Origin: Candidatus Multivorans sp.
GTDB lineage: Bacteria > Acidobacteriota > Thermoanaerobaculia > Multivoradales > Multivoraceae
DNA length: 64,000 nucleotides
Assembly (NCBI GenBank): GCA_965224025.1
Contig: OZ245033.1
Span: forward strand, 4,288,001 to 4,352,000
Direction of reading: 5' to 3'
Shown here in pieces: positions 11,149-18,511 of the stretch. The notes under the pieces are model-generated. The model did not search any database and was not told where the DNA came from. It saw nothing but the letters and a program-made list of their open reading frames with translations. Each line of letters begins with the position of its first letter. Position 1 is the stretch's first letter. The translations under genes and the position numbers were made by a program.

Positions 11149-11162
11149 CTAGGGGGGACTAG
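9734..11162 (+). pseudogene. IS1182-like transposase, frameshifted near 10490
   Basis: GRPSVAPGVYFRMLMVGHLEGIDS, VDSSTLEANAAMRSI and DPEARITRMKDG in ORF 9734..10564; VADKGYHS and ERTFAH in ORF 10512..11162. The shift lies at a G run. Confidence 0.85.
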
Positions 11163-11823
11163 TCGGGCAACCGGCTTTGGCGGCAAGCTCCGGCGAACTC
11201 TGTAGCAGGTTGCCGGCGAACCTCCTGCTCTCATCACAAAGCAGGCCGAACGTACCAGTAATCGCTTCCGCGAAGTGCGAAGGGAGCGGCGAGTTGAGAT
11301 CCCAGAGGAAACTGATGGGGCCCGATTCGGTATAGTAGATCAATTGCGCGTGGGCCCGAAGTGGAGATCCGCGCGCTGCTCCAGCAGCTCTTGCTTCGCG
11401 GCAGGCGTCACTGTTGCTTGGCCGTCGATACTCATAGCCGGGGCCGCATTGTGGAAGGTGCCCTCTGAGTGCATCGGTGGTCCAAAGAGCGGCCAAGGTG
11501 TCCATCTGTTCTTCGCCAACTCGGCGGCAGGTCATGACATTTCGGTCGAGCTCCATGTAGTCCAGACCACCGGCACTGTCGAGGAACAGGAGGGAGTTCT
11601 CGATGTGGTCCTTGTGCGGTACGCTCAACTGTAGGTCCAGAAGGACTCCATGGCGGCGCATTCCGCTTGTTCCGAAACCCGGTGCTAGACACTGCGGATC
11701 TACGTAGTGGCAGGCCGTTGTGAACTGCGCGGCTATGGTCGCGACGATCAACAATAGCCCACGTCCTCTCCCCTCGCGTCCAAGTACCATCCGCCTGAGG
11801 CTAGCATGTTCCCACTCTGCCAA
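11149..11823 (-). CDS. Cys-rich putative lipoprotein, family member L1
   Basis: Hydrophobic leader ending TTA-C, then YVDPQCLAPG, TCRRVGEE, LAALW, WDLNSPLP, GLLCDES and PELAAKAGC. Clear paralog of 37866..38609. Start uncertain (11823 or 11790). Confidence 0.75.
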   Translation of the reverse strand: MAEWEHASLRRMVLGREGRGRGLLLIVATIAAQFTTACHYVDPQCLAPGFGTSGMRRHGVLLDLQLSVPHKDHIENSLLFLDSAGGLDYMELDRNVMTCRRVGEEQMDTLAALWTTDALRGHLPQCGPGYEYRRPSNSDACREARAAGAARGSPLRAHAQLIYYTESGPISFLWDLNSPLPSHFAEAITGTFGLLCDESRRFAGNLLQSSPELAAKAGCPTSPP

Positions 11824-11907
11824 CGTACGTGAGGCGGCGGCCCTCCCGCTGGAGCTATGGTCGAAATTCGTCTACCGAGTTGAAGAGGGTGGCGTGCCCT
11901 GCTGAGA

Positions 11908-13405
11908 GCCTCTTTCGAGTTGCGAGTGGGTAGGGCGCGGGCGAGTGCAGATGCTGAGGGGGTCTTGGGATAGCGGCCTCCGCCGCCGTAGCCGCCGCCG
12001 TCGGGCTGTGGAATCTGCGGAAGACCGGTAGCGGCGAGGGCGCAAGCTGTCCGGTGGGGAGGGCGTTCGCGGCGATTTCGGGTGGTGGCGGTAGTCGCGG
12101 GCGATCGGAATGAGCAAGACTCGTCTCTCCTGTTCCGACTGAAGGAGGACGAGAGATGCAGAGGGAATTGTTCGCGAGAGCGCTGGGCGTGTCGGCGCCG
12201 TGGTTCGTTGACGGCGTGGACTTCTGTGAGAGGGAGCGTCGGTTGACGATACGGATCGACTTCAGGAAGGGCAGCCGATTCGCCCACGAGGGGGACGGCG
12301 GTTCTCATCCGGTGCACGACACGCAGATCAAGCGCTATCGGCACCTCAACTTCTTCCAGCACGAGTGCCTGCTCGAGGCGCGAGTGCCCCGTGTGCGACT
12401 CCCCGACCAGCGGGTGGCGTTGGTGACTCCGCCCTGGTCGGGCAGATTGTCCGGCTTCACGCTGCTGTTCGAAGCCTTGATTCTGGCCATGTGCCGAGAC
12501 ATGACCTTCGCTGCGGTGGCCCGGTTGACCGGGGTGTCGTGGCATCGGGTGCACGCGATCTGCAAGCGCTACGTCGAGCTGGCGGTCGACCGGGACGACC
12601 TCTCCGAACTGCGCCACGTGGCCATTGACGAGACTTCCCGCGCCAAGGGGCACGACTACGTGACCGCGGTCGCCGACAGCGAGCGCCGGCGCGTGGTGTT
12701 CCTCGCCGAGGGACGCAAGTCCGGCACGATCGAGGAGTTCGCCGACGATCTGCAAAGGCGCGGCGGCGATCCCGCCGCGATCAGCCGGGCGTCCATCGAC
12801 ATGTCGGCCGCCTTCCTCAAGGGCGTCGCCGAGAATCTCCCCAACGCCGAGGTGACCCTCGACAAGTTCCACGTCATGGCCCTGGCCTCGAAGGCGGTGG
12901 ACGAGACCCGGCGCCTCGAACAGCGCCTCGATCCGTCGCTGAAGGGCCTGCGCTGGACGCTGCTCAAGAACCGCGACTCCCTGACGCCGGCCCAACGGGC
13001 CGACCTCGACCGCTTCGTCAAGAGGGTCGCCAGCCGACGCACCGCACGCGCCTGGCTCTATCGGGAGCAACTCCGCGAAATTCTCAACCGCAAGCAGATC
13101 AACGTCGTGCTGCGAATGCTCCATCAGTGGTGCACCAACGTGAACCGCTCCAAGGTCGAACCCATGAAGGCCGTCGCCCGCACCATCCGAAAGCACCTGC
13201 AAGCGATCGCTGCCTGGGCGCGAACCCGGCAGACCAACGGCTTCCTCGAAGCCCTCAACGGACTCTTCCAGTCCGCCAAACGCAAGGCCAGAGGCTACAA
13301 GCGATTCGACACCATACGCATCGCCTTCTTCCTCATCGCCGGCAAACTCGACTTCCACACGCTCAACCCGCACACCGCTTGACCCACTCGCAATTCAAAA
13401 GAGCC
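11908..13405 (+). mobile_element. ISL3-family element, apparently complete, nested in the IS256 leader
   Basis: 24-bp IRs GCCTCTTTCGAGTTGCGAGTGGGT / ACCCACTCGCAATTCAAAAGAGCC (21/24 match) with perfect 8-bp target duplication TGCTGAGA (11900-11907, 13406-13413). Confidence 0.92.
12156..13382 (+). CDS. ISL3-family transposase
   Basis: YRHLNFFQHECLLEARVPRV, VAIDETSRAKGHDYVT, SIDMSAAFLKG, LDKFHV and TNGFLEALNGLFQSAKRKARGY; GGAGG RBS. Confidence 0.95.
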   Translation: MQRELFARALGVSAPWFVDGVDFCERERRLTIRIDFRKGSRFAHEGDGGSHPVHDTQIKRYRHLNFFQHECLLEARVPRVRLPDQRVALVTPPWSGRLSGFTLLFEALILAMCRDMTFAAVARLTGVSWHRVHAICKRYVELAVDRDDLSELRHVAIDETSRAKGHDYVTAVADSERRRVVFLAEGRKSGTIEEFADDLQRRGGDPAAISRASIDMSAAFLKGVAENLPNAEVTLDKFHVMALASKAVDETRRLEQRLDPSLKGLRWTLLKNRDSLTPAQRADLDRFVKRVASRRTARAWLYREQLREILNRKQINVVLRMLHQWCTNVNRSKVEPMKAVARTIRKHLQAIAAWARTRQTNGFLEALNGLFQSAKRKARGYKRFDTIRIAFFLIAGKLDFHTLNPHTA

Positions 13406-13453
13406 TGCTGAGATCGGTTTGTCAGGAATCGACAACAGCAGAGGAGGCACGCC

Positions 13454-14714
13454 GTGGGAGAGAGTACAGCGCTTCGGTTCGAGAGGCCGGAGTCGTTCGG
13501 GGACGAGTTGACGGAGCTTCTTCGCCGCGGCGCCAGGCAGTTGGTGGCGCAGGCGGTGGAGGCGGAGTTGCAGGAGTTGTTGGCAGTCCAGGGCGCCCGG
13601 AGGCTGCCGGACGGTCGAGCCGTCGTGGTGCGCAACGGGTACCAGCCGGAGCGCGAGGTGGTGACCGGGATCGGGCCGGTCCCGGTGCGGATTCCTCGCC
13701 TTCGCAGCCGTGACGGCGAGCCGGTGGCGTTTCACTCGGCCCTGGTGCCGGCCTACGTGCGCCGCAGTCAATCGCTGGATGCGGCGATTCCGTGGTTGTA
13801 CCTGAAGGGCGTCGCGGCGGGCGAGATGGCTGAGGCTCTCGGCGCTCTGGTCGGCGAGGGCGCTCGCGGCCTGTCGGCGAACGTGGTGAGCCGGCTGAAA
13901 CGGCAGTGGGAGGAGGAGCATCGGTCGTGGTCGAAAGCGCGACCTGAGCGGGGAGCGCTGGGTCTACCTGTGGGTCGACGGCATCTACAGCGGTCTTCGG
14001 GGGACCTCGGCGCGGCTGTGCGTTCTGGTGGTGATCGGCGTCAACGAGCGGGGCGAGAAGCACCTGCTGGCGGCGGAGGACGGCGTGCGGGAGTCGACGC
14101 AGAGTTGGCGCGAGCTGCTGCTCGATCTGAAGCGCCGCGGCCTGAAGAAGGCTCCGAAGCTGGCCGTCGGCGACGGCGCGACGGGCTTCTGGGGAGCCCT
14201 GGAGGAGGTCTACGGGAGCACGCGCCAGCAGCGCTGCTGGGTGCACAAGACGAGGAACGTCCCGAACTACCTGCCGAAGTCCTCGCAGCCGAAGGCGAAG
14301 CAGGCTCTGCACGAGATCTGGATGGCCGAGACCCGGGAAGAGGCCGACAAGGCCTTCGACGGATTCATCGAGACCTACGACGCCGCCTACCCGAAGGCCA
14401 CCGACTGCCTGCTCAAGGACCGAGAGGAACTGCTCGCCTTCTACGACTTCCCCAAGCAGCACTGGGTCCACCTGCGCACGACCAACCCGATCGAGTCCAC
14501 CTTCGCCACCATCCGACCTCGGACCGCCCGAATCAAGGGCTGCGTCAGCCGCAACACCATGCTGGCGATGATCTAAAAGCTCGGAACCTGCGCCCAGGGC
14601 CACTGGCGGCGACTGCGCGGATTCGACCAGCTCGCCAAGGTGCTCCGCGATGTCCGTTTCGTTGACGGCATCGAACAAAACAACGACAACGATCAGACCA
14701 GGGACGCCGCCTGA
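13454..14714 (+). pseudogene. IS256-family transposase with a frameshift (~13945) and internal TAA (14574)
   Basis: VRNGYQPER...TGIGPVPVRIPRLR, WLYLKG, LAVGDGATGFW, QRCWVHK and LRTTNPIESTFATIR. Confidence 0.9.
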
Positions 14715-14765
14715 TGATCAAACGACCGTACACGAAATTTGACCATAGCTCGCTCCGCCGCTGAA

Positions 14766-15824
14766 GGCTCTTCCGGATTGATGGTGGAGGTGCCGTAGTT
14801 TTACGGGATGCGAGACACAGACTTGTACGGTCGGATTCTGGGTATCGAGCGGCCATGGCGGGTAACGGATGTCGAGCTTCGGCTTGAGGCCGGCGAGGTA
14901 GAGGTTTTCGTCGCTCGCGGCGCGGGCGACGGGTTCAGTTTTCCGGAGTGCGGCAAGGAGGCTCGCCGTCACGACGCTCGTCGTCGTCGTTGGCGTCATC
15001 TGCCGACGTGCCAGTACCGGACGATTCTGACGGCCGAGGTACCTCGGTGCGCTGCGGGGATCACGGCGTGCGGACGATTGGCGTGCCGTGGGTCGATTCC
15101 GGTTCCCGGTTCACGGCGTTGTTCGAGGAGCTGGTGATCCGCCGGTTGGGCGAGACGAGCATTCTGGCGGTGGCGCGTCTGCTGGACCTGAGCTGGGACC
15201 AGGTGACGGCGTGATGCGTCGGGCGGTGATCCGGGGTCTTGAGCGCCGCAGCAAGGCGCCGGCTTCGCGGCTTCTGGGCGTGGACGAGACGTCGTTTCAG
15301 AAGCGGCACGAGTACGTGACGGTGGTGGCGTCCCTGGAGGGCGAGCCTCGGGTCCATCACGTGGCGGACGGTCGCGGCAGGAGGCTCTGGCTTCGTACTA
15401 CGAGTCGCTGTCGGAGGCGGAGCGGTCGAAGATCGAGACGGTGGCGATGGACATGTGGGCGGCGTACATCTCGGCTACGGTGTCGTGTTTGCCGGACGGT
15501 GCCCGCAAGCTCGCGTACGACAAGTTCCACGTCGCCTCCCATCTCGGCGGCGCGGTGGACGAGGTGCGGCGAGAGGAGCACCGTCTCCTGAGCCGCCTGG
15601 GCGACGACCGTCTGGCCGATACGCGCTACCTGTGGCTGTACGACCCGGACAACGTGCCGGAGCGTCGGTGGAGCCGCTTCAAGCAGTTGATCGACGGCAC
15701 TTCCAAGACGGCCCGCTGCTGGCATCTCAAGGAGGTCGCGACCCGCACCGCCATCTACTTCCATCTCGGCGGACTCGACCTCGAACCGCATTCACTTACA
15801 TTCCACACGAAAGCCTGAAGAGCC
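14766..15824 (+). mobile_element. ISL3-family element with internally deleted, frameshifted transposase (14808..15818)
   Basis: IRs GGCTCTTCCGGATTGATGGTGGA / TCCACACGAAAGCCTGAAGAGCC. Fragments [40 protein letters not shown] and AIYFHLGGLDL; the segment before the last motif is missing. Confidence 0.85.
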
Positions 15825-15886
15825 GCAAGGCGTTTCCGGCGCTAATGCCGTGTCGCTGCCTTCCATGCTCTGAACGTCAGCGCCCT

Positions 15887-15922
15887 CACGTGCCCTTTCC
15901 TTCACACGTGCCCTTTCCTTCA
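15887..15922. repeat. 18-bp perfect tandem duplication
   Basis: CACGTGCCCTTTCCTTCA x2. Confidence 0.85.
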
Positions 15923-16271
15923 GAGGAACCCACCACCAACATCCGGAAGCGCCCCGCGCCACGCTCGACCGACCCCGGGTCTCTGCGCCAGCTCATGGAA
16001 ACGGCTCCCCCGCGAGCTCGTCGAAGCCGTTGGATCTCACAACGCCGTTCGGCCTCCGGTACAACGACTCCACGTTCCAGCAGGCGGGGGACGGACCTCG
16101 CTACTCGCCACGAACGGCACCGCCTGCTGCTCGTTTACGCCGCCGCCCAGGTGCCCTCGCCTCTCCCTTCCTCCTCCGTCCCAACTCCGCCCAACCTATC
16201 TCCCGCGACAGCACCTTGCCGCGCGCCGCAAGAGCGCGTTTCTTCGTGTGTGGTGCCTCCATTGTCTCGAC

Positions 16272-16302
16272 TTGACAAACTCGCCCAGAAGAGCTTAGCT
16301 CT
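16272..16302 (+). promoter_or_regulatory. Possible sigma70-type promoter/operator upstream of the PLA2-like gene
   Basis: Perfect TTGACA at 16272-16277. The -10 region is weak and overlapped by the inverted repeat AGAGCT-T-AGCTCT (16290-16302). Confidence 0.3.
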
Positions 16303-16397
16303 CGACTCTTTGGCGGTGCTCACCCCTACCTTCACGGCTTCTCGACCGCATCGGTGGATCTCCCTGCCGCGCAAACGTGAGCCGACTACAAGAGAGG

Positions 16398-16946
16398 ATG
16401 ACTTTGAGAAGCCCTTTGTTTCTTGCGGTATGGATTGGCGTTCTGTTTATCTTTTCATCAAACGCCGTGGCTCAGGCACAACCGGGACCCTACGGCTGTT
16501 CTTTGAACCTACCTGAGATCGCTCAGGCGGGCCTTGACAGAGCGTTGCTTGAATCGTGTACGCGGCATGACCGATGTTGGCGGGCACAAGGCGTATGCGG
16601 CGGGTACTATCCCGGTTTTGGGCACAAGGCAGCTTGTGACCTCGCGTTCTACGCTGATCTACGACTCATCTGCACCTTGACGAAGTCGTCTCTTAGCCTC
16701 GCAGGCGCTTCCGACGAAGAGACCAGGAAGTTCAAGAAAGCATGTGATGGCGCCGCCACCGCCGCCTTCGCCGGCGTGTCGGGCAACTTGGTGGGCTACG
16801 CAGCGAACCAGTGCCGATTCTTTTGCAACCAGGGAATGTGTGACTGGCTATCGAGCGTGACAGGGGGCGTCTGGGTTCGTGGACCTGCGAACTGTTGCCC
16901 CGACGACCCGTGCCCACCGCCCCCCCTAGGGCCTATCGTAGAGTAG
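16398..16946 (+). CDS. Secreted Cys-rich phospholipase A2-like protein (prokaryotic/fungal sPLA2 type)
   Basis: AGAGG RBS and signal peptide ending AVA-QA. Motifs YGCS..P, CTRHDRCW (His-Asp) and CDLAFYADLRLIC match the CxRHDxxY ... DxxFYxDxxxxC pattern of Streptomyces-type PLA2. 13 Cys in total. Confidence 0.75.
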   Translation: MTLRSPLFLAVWIGVLFIFSSNAVAQAQPGPYGCSLNLPEIAQAGLDRALLESCTRHDRCWRAQGVCGGYYPGFGHKAACDLAFYADLRLICTLTKSSLSLAGASDEETRKFKKACDGAATAAFAGVSGNLVGYAANQCRFFCNQGMCDWLSSVTGGVWVRGPANCCPDDPCPPPPLGPIVE

Positions 16947-17149
16947 ACGGTTCTAGGCTCTGTGCCGGCGTTGGGGGACGACAATCCGTTTGCGAACGCC
17001 ACGTCGATGGGGACGCCGTGCCCACGATGGCGCGGTCCCCCACTTGCTTGTTTCAAGGAGTCGAGCCTGCCCAAGCCATCCGGCAACGTGCCGCACCTTC
17101 CAGTCGCGAAGCACTCGTACTTCGACGATTGACGGATCGACGACGAACT

Positions 17150-17605
17150 CTATGGATCCGACCCCCACAACGCGGACGTTGCGAACTCCAGGCTGTTGCC
17201 GTCGGGGTCGCGGAAGTAGATCGATCGGCCCCGGCGGCCGCCCCAGTCGATCTCCTGCTCGATCTCGACGCCGTGGCGCTCCAGGTGGGCGCTCCAAACG
17301 TCGATCTCGTCCGCGCTCACACCGAACGCCAGATGACCCGGGCCGTGAGCGCCGTGGGAGCCGAGGCCCCGCGGGGTCAGGTCGGGGTTGGCCGTCGCCT
17401 CGGGATTGAACAGGAGCACCATCTGCTCACCGCAGCGGAAGAAGACATGTCTCCCCTGCAGCTTCGAGTGGAGGGTGAGTCCCAGGACCTCGGTGTAGAA
17501 GACCTCCGCCGCTTGGAGGTCGCTCACATAGAGTGAGGCCTCGAGAACGTGGTCGAGCCGTCGCGGGCGACTCGCGGGCGTGGCGCCTCTGGAAGCGTCT
17601 CCCAT
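17150..17605 (-). CDS. VOC/glyoxalase family protein
   Basis: VLEASLYVSDLQAAEVFYTEVLGL, GPGHLAF and RSIYFRDPDGNSLEF. Confidence 0.9.
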   Translation of the reverse strand: MGDASRGATPASRPRRLDHVLEASLYVSDLQAAEVFYTEVLGLTLHSKLQGRHVFFRCGEQMVLLFNPEATANPDLTPRGLGSHGAHGPGHLAFGVSADEIDVWSAHLERHGVEIEQEIDWGGRRGRSIYFRDPDGNSLEFATSALWGSDP

Positions 17606-17631
17606 GCTCTCTCGAAGCGTACCGGAGACCG

Positions 17632-18489
17632 CTAGCTGTCGGCCGCAAGCTCTCCCAGTAGCCGAGCTGTGTTCCCGGCTCTCCGCGCCAGGAACCGAGC
17701 TGACTCCCCCAGCAGACCGTCGCGGCGCTCGTGAGCGAGTTCTTCGCGCGCGGCCAGGGCGGCCAGGGCGGCCAGCGTCGCCTGCGAGTCCTGCCCGAGC
17801 ATGCCTTCGAGGGCGAAGCGTCGTTCACCGGCGCGCAGCCCCAGGCCAAGTTCGCGCGCCATCGTCCCGAGCGCCGCCCGGGTCAGGATGATGCCGGAGC
17901 GAACGGGGGCCAGCAACGCCTTCAGGAACGCCTGACCACCCTCTTCCCGCGGATCCGGAAGCCCGGATGCCGCGCGCAGATGAGCGGGCAGGACCGCCGG
18001 CGGCCCGACGCGCCCGGCCTCTTGGGCCAGGGTGTCGCGGAGCAGCTCCGCCCAGCGCTTGTAGCCGCCGGCCGCCAGTTCCCCGGCGTGGTCGAGATAC
18101 GCGAACACCCACGGCGCCAGGTGCTCGTGCAGGAGGGCGCGGCAGGCTTCCGCCACCAGCGCGGCGCCCGGACCGCTCGCTTGCTCCTGCTCCTCGCTCA
18201 GGGCGGCGTACAGGCCGAGCAGGACGCTCAAGTGATCCGGCTCGGCGGGAGGCGTCCGGCCTACCGCACGCCAGAACCCGGCGATCCGCTCTCGTGCCTC
18301 GCCACCCATCCAGCCCTCGGGACCCAGGTAGATCGAGGCATGCGGAGGCAACTGGAACATGAACAGCTCCGCATACGCCGAGTCGTCGATGCCGTCGCCC
18401 AGGCCGAGCAGACCGGCGATCCGGGCGTGTTCGGGTGCCGGCGGTTCAGCGAAGATGGACAGGGCGCGCAGCAGTTCGACCGAAGTCAT
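17632..18489 (-). CDS. TorD/DmsD-family molybdoenzyme chaperone
   Basis: PPHASIYL, EPDHLSVLL and LLHEHLAPW motifs; directly downstream of the molybdoenzyme gene. Confidence 0.8.
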   Translation of the reverse strand: MTSVELLRALSIFAEPPAPEHARIAGLLGLGDGIDDSAYAELFMFQLPPHASIYLGPEGWMGGEARERIAGFWRAVGRTPPAEPDHLSVLLGLYAALSEEQEQASGPGAALVAEACRALLHEHLAPWVFAYLDHAGELAAGGYKRWAELLRDTLAQEAGRVGPPAVLPAHLRAASGLPDPREEGGQAFLKALLAPVRSGIILTRAALGTMARELGLGLRAGERRFALEGMLGQDSQATLAALAALAAREELAHERRDGLLGESARFLARRAGNTARLLGELAADS

Positions 18490-18511
18490 TGCCGTTCCAA
18501 CAGCTAGCGGC

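Larger units (their letters stand above)
11852..14751 (+). mobile_element. IS256-family element interrupted by a nested ISL3
   Basis: Terminal IRs GAGCTATGGTCGAAATTCGT (11852) / ACGAAATTTGACCATAGCTC (ends 14751). No target duplication recognised. Confidence 0.8.

Noticed and set aside
11843-14765. Target-site duplication for the IS256 element
   Set aside because: The flanks CTCCCGCTG and GCTCCGCCG do not match convincingly.
16953-17140. Small CDS between the PLA2-like and VOC genes
   Set aside because: No credible start, RBS or motif; treated as intergenic.
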